A DNA stretch of 64,000 nt from Felis catus (taxonomy: Eukaryota): NCBI RefSeq assembly GCF_018350175.1, contig NC_058369.1, forward strand, positions 6,760,001-6,824,000. Reading direction: 5' to 3'. The notes beneath the pieces were generated by a model, which saw nothing but the letters and a program-made list of their open reading frames with translations, ran no database searches and was not told the origin of the DNA. The position numbers and the translations under genes are program-made. Shown piece by piece: positions 49,951-63,238 of this stretch (positions within the stretch are counted from its first letter, which is position 1; every line of letters begins with the position of its first letter).

Positions 49951-52384
49951 TCCCTTCTGATTTTACAAGATGAAAACATTTTTGTGAGCCATTGAAGGTA
50001 TCGTGGGTCCCAGGCACTGTGGGTTCCAGCCCTAAAGAATGAGTCAGCTCTCATGAGCGATCCTATTAAATCTAGCATTTTCCAAACCTGTGTAACTGAA
50101 GACCCCGTTTTAAGAACAGAGAGGTTGAGTTACTTGCCAAAGTCACACAGCTGCTCTGAACGCAGGCTGCCAGAGAACGTGCACTTCATCGCAGTCCTGT
50201 GTCCTCCTTTCCTGCCAGAACAGAATAGAAGGTGTAGAGGGCCTGTGTTATCTCAGGCAGCTCGATCTTTTGTAAACCTCAGCCTCCCCACCAATAAAAT
50301 GGGGATACTAGCAGGTACCCACCTCCTAGGGCTGCCGTGAAGCTCTGTCTGAAACGTGCAGACTAACTTGTGCTGCTAAGCCAGCCAGCGAGGGTCAGGG
50401 CTAGAATGGGCACAGGGATCAGAAAGTCTCCTGACAGCTGGGCTCTGCAGAATTCTCACCTGGAGCCTGATCAGGAAGGGCCAGTACACCGGGCAGAAGA
50501 CTTGTATTTTGTTCCAAAGGCTCTGGACAGGTGCTGAGGACTTTTGAACAGAGCAGTAGCAGGGTGAGGTTGGGATTCTAGAAAAAGCCCCTTATGGTTT
50601 AATGAAGGAAGGTTTGGAAAAGGAAATCCAGTGAGGGGCTGCTGGAGTTAAGTCCGGGAAGTGTCATTTGAATCACAGTGCGGGGGACAGAGGGCAGGGA
50701 ACAGAGCTAGGTGGGTGAGACAGAGAGGGCCTGGCGGGGGTGGGGGGGGTGATGGATGAGGTGGGCAGAGGGGAGGAGGAGGAGTTCAGGATGGGGGTTC
50801 TATTGGGTCAATGGCTGGTGGTATCCCCCTCCTGGGGGAGGAGACAGTGATTCATCGAAGCAGGAGGGCTGCAGAGGGGAACTTTAGATAGGGTGATCTG
50901 GGATGGCAGCTGAGGATATGATACATACAGAGAAAGATGCAAACGCATAAAATGCCTGGGGGAGAGCATTGCTGGGAGCAGGAAGTGCAAAGGCCCTGTG
51001 GTGGGAATGTGCCTGAGGCCAGTGTGGCTGCAGAACATGGAGTCAGAGGGAGATACACACGATGACGTGGTGGCATGGGAGCAAGATCTAAGGGGGACAT
51101 GGCTCTGCCACATTGCTCATCTCAGCACCTAGCAATATACAATGTGGTTGCTGAGTGAATAAATACATGGAGGGATGCATGGAAATATTCAGTGAAAATG
51201 GAGTTGACATGGGGGGTGAGGGGGGTGGTGAGGGAGGACCACCCAGAGGAGGCACTTGATTCCTTTGGATTACAAATTGCCTACCAGTTTCCTTTTTTCA
51301 AATGCAGCCCCCTGGGGTTCGGGGCAACCAGTATCCCTCAACATGGGTAAGCTTTGTAGCCAAACCAGACCCAGACCCAGAGCCCAGAAGATCTTGGCTC
51401 CTGGGTCCTCCAGTTCCCTCTCCCCACCTGGGGAATGCAGGAACCCTGCCCAGAAGTGGCTTTAGTAACTGAGCTGCCCCATTGTCCTTAAGCTCCTTTG
51501 TCTCCTCCCATGTGACCAGGGAAATGCCGAGGAGGGCAGGGGAGGGGGTCTGACCCTGCTCAGCTCCTCAAGATATAAATGGATCCGGTCTGGGTCCAGC
51601 AGAACCGGGACCCCAGGGTCAGGCTAAGAGAGAACGGATTCTCCAGGTTTGGGTCTGTGTCCCCAGATGCTGATATGTTTGCCACACACACACGGGCCCC
51701 CAGGTAAGTCCAGTGGTTAAGAGTGAAGGTTCTGGAGGTAATGCCAGAGTTCAAATCCTGACTTGGCTCCTTGATACCTGTGTGACCTTGGGTGAGTTAC
51801 TCAACTTCTCTGAGCCTGCCAATAAGGATGAGAAAGATAGCGCCTCATAGGGAAGCTATGTAAAACAGTTAGGACTGGCCTGTACATAGCAGGCCTGTTC
51901 TGTGAGTGTGTTTCAGTAAATATAAGCAGGAGTAAGTGAGAAACCTTGAACTCTGCCCTTCCTGCCCTTATTCCTAGGAATATAATTTGATTCTTATCGC
52001 ACCAAGGGAAGGCAGGGCTTAGTGCGAGCTCATTTTGCACATAAGGAAACTGATGCTCAGAGCTCATAGGCACATGGCCAGTGAATGCTGGTGCCTCAGA
52101 GGGCCAGGCCGGGTGCCCAGAGAACTTGGTATATGACGCTCACTCTGGAGAGCTGCTCTAGTGACAGCAAAGTGGGGTGCAGTGTCCAGGGCCATGCTCA
52201 GGGCTGTGGACTGGGGCAGGAAGACCTGGGTTCCAATCCTGCTGTGTGACTTTGGGCAAGTCACTTAACCCCTCTGAGCCTCAATTTCCCATCTGCAAAG
52301 TAAAGATCATTCCTACCACACAAGTCAAGAGTTTGATGAACTAAGGTGCCCTATTTAGCCTAGAGCAATGGATCTCAATTGTGT

Positions 52385-52389
<5 letters not shown>

Positions 52390-52415
<26 letters not shown>

Positions 52416-52435
52416 TGTGTGTGTGTGTGTGTGTG
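52390..52435. repeat. Interrupted (TG)n microsatellite
   Basis: Seen directly. Confidence 0.95.
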
Positions 52436-53202
52436 CACATGCATGTGCAATTCTGGGTAATTTCTGGAAACATCTGGCAATGTCTGGAGGGGATACCTGG
52501 CAGTGCCTGGAGACACTTCTGGTTGTCACAACTGGAGGAGCAGGTGTTACTGGCATCTCATGGGTACGGTAGCCATACCTTGAAAAATAAAAAGAAACAG
52601 ATAAAATTAATTTTATCTTTAAGTCCTTGAGTTTTATTGAACTCGATGAAAAATATTACTGTTTCAACTATAATCAACATAAATTATTGAGATATTTTAC
52701 TTTTTTTTCACACTCAGTTCTTCAAAATCCAGTGGTATTTTACATGTATAGGACACCTCAATTCCCATGCTAAGTTTTCATCAAAATTACTTGATCTGTA
52801 TTTAAGCTTCATGAAATTTACAGCTAAAAAAGCAGATGCCGATACCCAACTTGTTTCCAAATGTACTTCGAGGTTTTCCAATCACTGAATTGAGAGTCTC
52901 GGTTTTCAAATTTAAGTTAAAATTAAACAAAATTATAAGTTCAGTTCTGCAGCCTAGTAGTCGCATTTCAAGGGTGCAGAGGCTGCACGCAGCTAGTCAG
53001 CTGAGCTCTGATCCACCCGGTGGAAGATTCTGGAAGCAGCAAATATGAAGACAGGTAGATCATAGTGGGCTAACCAGAATAATTTCCAGGGTGTGTTGTT
53101 AAAGAAACAACAAATGCTTAAAAATAAAATAATAATAATAATAAAAATAGAATTAAAAGGGGGAGAGGAAACCCACATGTTTGATAAGAATCCACTGGAA
53201 TA

Positions 53203-53808
53203 AGGGGCATCTGGGTGGCTCAGTCAGTTAAGCGTCCGACTTCAGTTCAGGTCATGATCTCATGGTCCGTGGGTTCGAGCCCCACATTGGGCTCTGGGCT
53301 GACAGTTCAGAGCCTGGAGCCTGTTTCAGATTCTGTGTCTCCCTCTCTCTGACCCTCCCCCGTTCATGCTCTGTCTCTCTCTGTCTCAAAAATAAATAAA
53401 TGTTAAAAAATTAAAATAAAAAAAAAGAATCCACTGGAATAAAACAAAGTGAACACCATCCACTGACCTTTATGTATATGTCTGTGAATAGAAAACATCC
53501 AGGAAGATCCACAACAAAGTGTTGTGGCCACCCCAGTACATGATGAAGGGAAGGCTTTCACTTCTTCCTAAACATGCCTCAGTATCGTCTGGATGTTTCT
53601 CAGCAAGCATGCACTACTTTGGTAAATTAATTCATCCTTTCAACAAATATTTATCAAACATCTGCTATGAGCTAGTGTTCTGGAGACAGCTCGTCCCAGC
53701 TCACAAGAGCGATTATCGAATTGTCAGTTTTGTGAGTGAAGATTTTAATTAATTTTGTATTATTATATTATTTTATTTTTGAGAGAGAGAAGGTGCAAGT
53801 GAGCAAGC

Positions 53809-53859
<51 letters not shown>

Positions 53860-54715
53860 CCATGAGCGGCAGAGAGAGAAAGAGGGAGGGAGAGAGAGAA
53901 AAACCGTGCTCACCTAAAGCAGGGCTTGAACTCACAAACCGTGAGATCATGACCTGAGCCAAAGTCAGATGCTTAACCAACTGAGCCACCCAGGTGTCTT
54001 ATTTTTTGATTTTTTGAGAGGGGGGTGGAGAGGCAGAATGAGAGAGAGAGGGAGAGAATCCTACGCAGGCTCCATGCCCACTGCAGAGCCCAACGCTGGG
54101 CATGATCCCACCACGGTGAGATCATGACCTGAGCTGAAAGCAAGAGTTGGATGCTTCACCAACGGAGCCACACAGGTGTCCCTGTGAGTGAAGTTTTTAA
54201 ATATAGACATCATTAAAAAATAAATTATATAGGGGCGCCTGGGTGGCACAGTCGGTTAAGCGTCCGACTTCAGCTCAGGTCACGATCTCACACTCTGTGA
54301 GTTCGAGACCCGCGTCGGGCTCTGGGCTGATGGCTCAAAGCCTGGAGCCTGCTTCCAGTTCTGTGTCTCCCTCTCTCTCTGCCCCTCCCCTGTTCATGCT
54401 CTGTCTCTCTCTGTCTCAAAAATAAATAAACGTTAAAAAAAATTAAAAAAAATAAATTATATAAACTTATAATGAAATATAGTCTGTTAAAAACAAAAGT
54501 AATAGGGGCGCCTGGGTGGCGCAGTCGGTTAAGCGTCCGACTTCAGCCAGGTCACGATCTCGCGGTCCATGAGTTCGAGCCCCACGTCGGGCTCTGGGCT
54601 GATGGCTCAGAGCCTGGAGACTTTCCGATTCTGTGTCTCCCTCTCTCTCTGCCCCTCTCCCGTTCATGCTCTGTCTCTCTCTGTCCCAAAAATAAATAAA
54701 TGTTAAAAAAAAATT
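53203..54715. mobile_element. Cluster of five Can-SINEs (53203-53426 +, 53765-53998 -, 54001-54183 -, 54232-54450 +, 54505-54715 +)
   Basis: Canonical heads and tails; TSD aagaatccactggaataa for the first copy. Confidence 0.9.
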
Positions 54716-55840
54716 TTTTTTTAAAAAACACGAAAGTAATAAATACTCAAAACTCATCACTTCCCACATTTTGCCACTGTATGTTGTTACCACATGTTGC
54801 TGTTATATGACCCTGATGTTATGTCTATATTGGACCTTTATGGTGTGAATTCCATGCTCCTGCATAGCCACTTCCACCCCCACATTCAGTGGTGTCACAA
54901 TGGTCATGCGAAATCAGCCAGGGACGGTAATATTTAAACCACGGGAACTAGAAATCAGGATCCCTCCCCAATGCCCCAAGAACTAGCTGTTAAGCCTTTA
55001 CCAGCACCCCTGGCCTGGGTCCAGCTCTCCCTGCTGGTGTTACAGGAGGAAGCAAGACAGCGTTCCTGTCCTCCTGAGGCTTACACTTTGCAGAGAGCAA
55101 AACCAACAAGAACCTACGCACCTATGTTCTTTGCAGGTTTAAAGCTAAGTTAACATATTTAGAAATTTCTAAGTCACCTGTCTTGTAGACTCTATTGGCA
55201 TTTTTACCAGCTTCCCAGACAAAGCCAGTGCCATTTCTGGCCTCCGCGTGCACCGTCGCCCGAAATGCCCTTTCTGTGTGCCCACCCCTCCCATTTCAGC
55301 TGGCTAACCCAGCTCAGGGGACAATCTTTCCAGAAAGCCTTCTCTGCCTCCTCTCCCCCGCGACCCCCCACCGCATTCAGGCTGGGCTGAGGGACCCCTA
55401 CTGCACAGGCCATGGGCACCGCTCCCAACAGGGCCCTGTTTATCCCTAGCACGTTCTCTGGGACCTCATGGGTGCTCTGTAAAGGAATGAATGAGGCCTG
55501 TCTCACACACCACACTTTTCATTTGCTCAGGCCCAGACAGACATTACCAATTAGTCTTGCTGGATTTTATTCCCACAAGAGGAGAAAATTCATTAACCAC
55601 ATGGTGTTTGCTGGAGACTTTAGGCTCCCAAGGCTTTTGAGGAAGGGGGTCTGCTCTAGAATCTTCGCCCTCATCCCCAAAGCCCACAAACCACAACCTC
55701 CTGCTGCCCTTAAGGTGTCCCCTAACTTCCTGCTTCCAGGCATCTGTTAGATTCGCCACTGGTCTCCGTGGAAATCAGCCTGAGGCCAAATAAGGGAATA
55801 GCCACAGATTTTCTGAATCGCCCTCCCCAAACCTGTGCAT

Positions 55841-56072
55841 CTTTTTTTATTTCAAAAAAAATTTTTTTTCAACGTTTATTTATTTTTGGGACAGAGAGAG
55901 ACAGAGCATGAACGGGGGAGGGGCAGAGAGAGAGGGAGACACAGAATCGGAAACAGGCTCCAGGCTCTGAGCCATCAGCCCAGAGCCCGACGCGGGGCTC
56001 GAACTCACGGACCGCGAGATCATGACCTGGCTGAAGTCGGATGCTTAACCGACTGCGCCACCCAGGAGCCCC
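55841..56072 (-). mobile_element. Young SINEC_Fc-type copy
   Basis: Near-identical to the copies at 23035-23259 and 38245-38490. Confidence 0.92.
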
Positions 56073-56696
56073 ATAAGGACATAAGCAGCAACATGTACCC
56101 CTAGAAAACTGACAGAGGGGGTTCATCAGTAATAATAACGATAATTGAGTACTTTTGGTCGCCATATGCTGCCCTAAACCCTCCACATGCCTTGTCGTGT
56201 TTAATCATCTAATACTCCAACGAGGCAGAAAAGATTATCACCATTTCCCCATTTTATAGAGGGAAAACCAAAGCATACAGAGGTAAGGACTTTGCCCAAG
56301 GTGACCCGGCTAGCAAGGAGCAGTTCTGGGATTTTAGTTCAGGCAGCTGAAGCCCAGAGTCTGCCCTGAACCACTGAAATGTCACAAGTTCTACGGACGT
56401 GCATTTCTCCAGGGAGGAGGCTCCTGGCTGCCGCTGTCTGATTCTCAGTAGGGTCTGGGACACTCTCCGCAACCCCCCCCCCCCACTGTCCCACTGTCCT
56501 TCCCTCCCAAAGCCTGGGGAGGGGGCTGCACACCTTACTGCTGATCAGCTAAGCAGCACCATGCACGTTGTGTCTAGGAAACCCCACTCTGTTCTAAAGG
56601 AAAAGCTTCTTCCCTTTCCTGCACCTTCTGTCCCTGGAGGACATTCCTTAGGTTTGCCAAAACCTTTTCCTTTTTCTTTTTAATTAATTTATTTAA

Positions 56697-56898
56697 GGGG
56701 TGGGTGTCTGGGGGGCTGTCAGGTAAGCGTCCGACTTCAGCTCAGGTCATGATCTCATGGTTCGTGTGTTCAAGCCTCGCATCAGGCTCTGTGCTGACAG
56801 CTCAGGGCCTTGAGCCTGCTTTGGATTCTGTGTCTCCCTCTCTCTCTGCCCCTCCCCTGCTCATGCTCTGTCTCTCAAAAATAAATAAACGTTAAAAA
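56697..56898 (+). mobile_element. Can-SINE
   Basis: Canonical structure. Confidence 0.88.
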
Positions 56899-57742
56899 TT
56901 TGTTTAAAATTTATTTAAATTCAAGTTAGTTAACATACAGTGATTCATCGCTTACATAGGACACCCAGGGCTCATCCCAACAAGCGCCCTCCTAATGCCC
57001 ATCACCCATTTAGCCCATCCCCCCACCCACCTCCCCTCCAGCAACGCTCAGTTTGTTCTCTAACCCTCTCCTGATAGTTGAAACCTATTCATGGACTTTC
57101 AGGAAGCCTCAGCCCCTTCCCTGACCCCAAGGTAGCAAGTGAAAGCCTGTCAACGGTGAATACTGACTGTTCTTTAGGTCTGTGGGGCACTGGGGACAGA
57201 AACCAGCAGGACAGACTGTGGGATCCCTCCCTCAATGACGTCAGGCTTACCAGGGAAATCTGATCTCATTCAACTTGTTCAACAAATCCAGTGTTAACGA
57301 CACCTGAGACCTGCATTCTGCTGGGGAGGGGGTTTCCATAGGGAAGGAGGCCTTTACAGCTCAGGCTTTGAAGAGGGTGGGGGCGGGGGAGTGGTGAGCT
57401 GTTTCCAACTCCCTTCGGGGAGCTCGGGTCAGGGAGGGGGCATGGTACCAGATTCACTTTCTAAAGCATAGGTCTTCCAGCTTTCACTCCACCCCCACCC
57501 AGCTGGCTCTGACCCCAGGGTGGAACCTCCACTGACCCATTATTTAACTGTGTTAACATGGTCCAATCTCTATACGCAGTGATTCCTAGAACAGGCCAGC
57601 CTGCTGTCACCCCAGGGCCTTTGAGCTGGCTGTCCCTGTGCCCATCCAAATGGACCCACCCTTCACCTTTGCAATGAGTAATTGAATGCCACCTTCTCAG
57701 TGAGGCCTTCCCTAACTACTTAGTTTCAACTAGAGTCCTGTG

Positions 57743-58190
57743 GGGGCACCTGGGTGGTTCAGTCGGTTTAGCTTCTGTCAGACTTCAGCTCAGGTCATGA
57801 CCTCATGCTTTGGTTCATGAGTTTGAGTCCTGAAGCAGGTTCTGTGCTCACAGCTCAGAACCTGGAGCCTGCTCCTGATTCTGTGTCTCCCTCTCTCTCT
57901 GTGTCCCTCCCCCACTCACACTCCCTCTCTCTTCCCAAAATAAATAAACATTAAAAAAAGTTTTTTGGGGGGCACCTGGGTGGCTCAGTGTTTGAGCATC
58001 CGACTTTGGCTCAGGTCACAATCTCATGGTCCGTGAGTTCGAGCCCCACATTGGGCCCTGTGCTGACAGCTCAGAGCCTGGAGCCTGCTTCGGATTCTGT
58101 GTCTCCTTCTCTCTCTGACCCTCCCCTGCTTACTCTCTGTCTCTCTCTCTCTCTCTCTCAAAAATAAATGAACATTAAAAAATTTTTTTT
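57743..58190 (+). mobile_element. Two tandem Can-SINEs
   Basis: Heads at ~57743 and ~57968. Confidence 0.9.
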
Positions 58191-58199
58191 AAAGAAAAA

Positions 58200-59095
58200 A
58201 ATGTTTTGTAACTCTATGAGCTGACAGATGTTAACTAGACTGATCGTAGGGATCATTTTGCAATATCTACAAACATTGTAACATGTGGTACACCTGAAAC
58301 TGATATAATGTTGTAAGTCAATTATATCTCAATAGAAAAAATAATGAAAAACCCTCCAATCCTGTCTGTGTGAAACTCGTACACGAAAGCTGGTAGCAGC
58401 ATTATTCATAACAGCCAAAAAGTGGAAACAACTGATGAATGCATAAACAAAATGTGGTGTCTCTACCCATACATCCAATATGAGGGAATATTACTTGGCC
58501 ACCTAAAGGAATAAAGTATTGATCTATGCTCCGACACTGATGAGCCTTGAAAACTACGCTTGGTGACAGGAGCCAGTCACATAGACCACACACTCTACAT
58601 TCCGGTATGCAAAATGTCCAGAATCAGCAAAGCTGTCGAGACGAAAAATAGATTAGTGGTTGTTTAGGGCTGGGGGTTAAGGAGTAGGGGTGAAATGGGG
58701 TATGAGGACTGCGATTAAGTATGATGGTTCTTTTGGGGTGATGAAAATGTTAAAAAAATGTTTAATGTTTATATATCTTTGAGAGAAGAGAGCGGGGGAG
58801 GGGCGGGGGGGGCAGAAGATGGAAAGTGAGCTGAGCTGTCAGCACAGAGCCTGACGCGGAGCTGGAAATCACGAACCGCGAGATCATGACCTGAGCTGGA
58901 GTCAGACGCTTAACCAAGCCACCCAGGCGCCCCCCACCCACCTTTTTTAAAAAAAAAAAAATTTTTTTAATGTTTTAAAATTGATTGTGAACCTTGAAAA
59001 CCACTGAATTACATACTTTGTTTTTTTCATTTTCACCATTGAAATGGGTAAATGTATGATATATGAATTATATCTCAATAAAGCTGTTAAAAAGA
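58200..59095 (+). mobile_element. Old L1M 3'-end fragments with a SINE inserted
   Basis: gcagcattattcataacagccaaaaagtggaaacaac...gaattatatctcaataaagctgtt. Confidence 0.7.
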
Positions 59096-60050
59096 AAACT
59101 ATAATATACCCTTCCACCCTTACCCATATTCTGTTCTTCAAATAAATGTGATCTCCCATCTTTCTTGATGTGCTTATTAATTCTATTCATGGACTCTGAC
59201 ACTAGAATACTAGCTCCTGAAGGGCAGAGATTGGCAGGCCACCAGTTAATCCCTTGTATCCCCAGGCCTGAGACTTGCTAGGGACGTCACAGGCACCCAA
59301 GGGATATCTGCGAAGAGAATGTTGAGCGTCCTAAACCTTCCAACTGTTCTGTCAATATTGTCTCTCTGCCTACCCCTTGGCCTTCTTCTCTAATCCCGCC
59401 TTGATCCTGCCCCTCAGGTGAAGTAGACCTACATCCCACCTGTCCCAAGTCTGCCTTTGAACTTGGGACTCCATACACACATGCTGTGTTTCTTGTTTTA
59501 TTTTTGATCACAGTTGCGGTACCTTTCTCTCTCTCTCTCCCCCCACCACCTCTGTCTTTCTCCCTCTGCCTCAGAAAGAACAAAGGCCTGTGGACCTTCC
59601 CCCTCCCTTTAGGGCCCCAGACAGCCTCACTCCTGGGTGGGGTGGGAAAAGGGAGCAGAGATTCAGTGAGTCCTGGGGGGGTGGGATGGATGGGGAATTT
59701 GAAACAACTAAGGCCACTCTCCTAATGCGCCCTGACTTGGGATGCCTTCAGGAAGCCGCGGGTTTGTGGCTTCCCTGTGGTGACGGGGCTGAGGTGGGGT
59801 CAGGAACCAGGATTAGCAGGAGGTCTGTGCCTGGTACAGAGAGGCTCCCTGTAAAATTCAGTTCTTGCCCAGGTGGGAGGATGAGGCATCCCAGCTGGGT
59901 GTCTCTGCTGCCCCCGTGTGTCTTACATTGGAACTGCATGACTTCAGTGTCCAGACGGGGGCAACACCCACCTTTGAGAAGTTCATCAACATCCCATGAA
60001 CTGGACTGTGGGCAGATCGCCTGGAAAGGCAGCAGCTGGGAGGACGTTGG

Positions 60051-60750
60051 TGTGTCAGGCAGCCTCTAAGATGGCTAGGGTCCCAAAGACTCCTGCCCCG
60101 TGGCATTCACGCCTGTGTAATACCCTCTCCTCAAACGTGGGCTGGACGCGCAACTTACTTCCAACACATGCAATACAGCAAAAATGAGAAGAAGTCATTC
60201 TACATTAGGTTATAGAGACTGCGACTTCCATCTTGTTCGTATTGTACTCCTTCTTACTCATCCTCCCTCATCCTTGCTCCCTCCACCCCTCCCTCTCTCC
60301 TTCCCTATTGCTTCTCCCTGCTGCTCCCTCCCTCTTTCTTCCACTCTTTCTCTGTCTCTCCCTCCTTCCCTCTCCCCTTCCCTCGGTTTCTCTCTCCTTC
60401 TCTGTCTCTCTGCCTGTCTCTCTCTCGCTCTCAGTCTCTTTCTGTCTCCCTTTCAGTCTCTCCCTCTCTGTTTCTCTCTCTCTCTCTCACTCCACTATGG
60501 AGAGATCCAAATGTCCAGGAACTGCTGTCTTTGATCAGTGAGGAATGGAGATCCACTCAGAGTGACGGTGGAACCAGATCCCCTGATCCAGTCAAGACAG
60601 GACAGGACCACAGTCCCCACTGACATTGTGGCTACTGCCCTATCAGAGACCCTGAGCCAAGTCCCTGAGCTAAGCCACTCCCAATTTCCTGACCCACAGA
60701 AATCACAGGATAATAACTGTTGGTTGTTTGAAGCCAAGTTATGTGATGCT
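60051..60750 (+). mobile_element. MLT1-like LTR with an internal CT-rich expansion (~60245-60495)
   Basis: gcagcctctaagatggct...cctgacccacagaaatc...gttgtttgaagcca. Confidence 0.65.
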
Positions 60751-63238
60751 TGTAGGATTTTGTTCCTGAAAATCTAATTTGTTTAGACAAATCTAGATAC
60801 ATTTTTAAAACATAAACATCTCCTTAAAACTAAATACGAACTTGTTCCTGACTTTGTGTGTCCAGTTCCCCTCTTCTGACACACTATTCCCACCTTCTTC
60901 ATAGGAATACATTCTTCTTGGCCTGATTCAGGTCTAAGCTCAGAAGTCATCTTCACAGAGACAGAATGCCCTCAGAAATGCCCATATTAAAATACCCCCC
61001 TCATCTGTCTCTGTCACATACCCTCCATTATACCTCTGAAGTCCTTCTCACCATTGGCAATTATCTGGCAAATTGATTATTTCTTTGTTTATTGTTTTCT
61101 CTGCTGAAATGGGAATGGTTGCTTTGTTTTCTAGTGTTTAATTTTATTTAAAAAATCATTTCGGTAGAATTAACTTTTTTTCCAGTGCACGGTTCTTGGA
61201 ATTCATCCCATGTATAGATTTGTGGGGTCTGGGGAAATAGAACACTATTTAAAGTTTTTCATACCTTCAAAGCCATTGCTCTGATATCAGGATACAGAAC
61301 AGTTCCACTCCTCAAAAATCTCCTTTGTACTAAACCTTGCAGTCATAGGAAATGGCTTTTTTTTTTTCTGTCTTGCTTACTGCTCTATTGCCTGTGCTTA
61401 GAATAACAGCTGGTACAAAGGCCACTTGGTAAATATTTGTTGAATGAATTAATTAAACACATGTTGATGCCAGGAAATGTTGGAAGTTGATATTGTCAGG
61501 ACTACCAGGATAAATCTCTCCTGGAGGTGAGGCCTTAACTGTTTAACATAAAACAAGACAGAGGTAGTTTGGCTGACAGAACCTTAAGACGTTTTTATTG
61601 GCACCAGGCATTCCCCTTTGCATCCGTTCTCCCAACCATCACTGTAACCACTTGCATGCATATGGCAGGAGGAGGGAGGGGATCTACAAGGAGAGAGAGC
61701 TGTGGTTCAGCCATCACCTAGTTTTTGGTTATTCCAGAAAATCCCTGACCAGAATGATGGGTTGCCCAATGCAAACTCCAATATCCTTAAGTTCTGAGTT
61801 TTCTTCACCACAGTATTCCCTTTCAGAAAGCATCATCTTTCCAGCCTACAACAGGGCCAGGTCTGGTGGTCTGTTTGTTCAACAGAGAAAGTCTAATGTA
61901 ATTCTCTTGGAAGGAAAGTAACGTAAGCAAACTAGATGTGTGATCATTCAAAGTCATTCCACTTAAGATAACGTCAGCTCTTTAGCACCACTTGAAAAAT
62001 GTTGGGCCCATTCACCGCTCAGTCAGCCCAGAAATAGAGCCCAAAGTCACTGCTCGTTCCATTTTTGTTGTAATCTCCGTATAAAGACAAGAACTACTTC
62101 ACAATAGACGTAAATGAGACATATTGCTTTCATAGGGGCTATAGAATGGGGAAATGAGATAGTGCAAAGGAACATGATAACGAGATACAAGGAAAACTAG
62201 AAACCTAGCTCTCACTTCTGTTGTAAGCAGTGTTACCACTCATATGCATTCCGCAGGCATATATATGGTGATGGAGATATGCCTTAGCTTCCTTCTGGCT
62301 TAGACATTCATGATTCAATTGATTGGCATTTTTCTCTTTGAAAGACTTATACCATTCCTCATCTCCTTAATGCATGGTCTGAATTTTTTCCCTTGTGACT
62401 TGTACAACTTTTATCTGGCTCATGCCATCTTTTTCCTCCAGAAGACAGAATAGGAGTGAAGGGCGGGGGGGGGGGGGGAGGGTCATGATTCATTCACATG
62501 CTCCCTGACTTTGGTCCCTGGAAGTCAATTAACTGCCTGGTTCTCTGAAAAAAGCAAAACTCTTGAGTTGGTCCCAAAGTCCTCGATCTGGCATGGCCCA
62601 AGTCATTCACCGTAACTGGTTTTTCACTTCAAAAATGTATCTTTCTCTCTCTTTCTCTTGCTCTCTGATCTTTTCACATACTGGGTTTTTTTTTTTCCTT
62701 TTTCTGATACTCTTTCTCCTCATATTTTCCTGAAAAACATCATCTTATCCTTTGAGGTGCAGAATCATCTCTCCTAGGAAACCTTCCCTGATTCCCCCTT
62801 CCAGACTCTGTTGGGTGTTCCTACTCTGTCCTATCCTTGCCCTCGTGTGCGTATTTCATTCTATTATAGTTAGTGCCCAGTATCTTCTCCTACATGCAAC
62901 TATAAACTCCACCACTCCATGGCCAGCACCTACATCAAGTCCAGAATACAAACTTAAATATCTGTGGAGAGCTAACTTGATTTTGAATCAGGACAAATCC
63001 AATCTGGTAGGGCTAGACTGATCTTCCTGGGAAGGCAACATCAGACATATCCAAAAGGACTCTTACTGGTCCCAGTAATTGAGAACATAGTAATAGGGCC
63101 ATCTTGAGATTTCCTTTTAAAGTTCTGCAATTCAAAATCCAAAGTGGCTGTTCTCCCAAACTGTGCAATTCCATACTTGTGCCCAAGACCCTAGATGTTG
63201 AGATCCTACTTCCTGGAAGTTTCCAGGTGTCCTTGTGG

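Noticed and set aside
9497..56895. Many 60-100 aa ORFs such as MAQSVKRPTSAQVMISRSV... and MGQRETEHERGRG...
   Set aside because: Translations of Can-SINE copies, not genes.
2081..58934. tRNA genes suggested by A/B-box motifs
   Set aside because: These are tRNA-derived SINE heads followed by (CT)n and poly(A).
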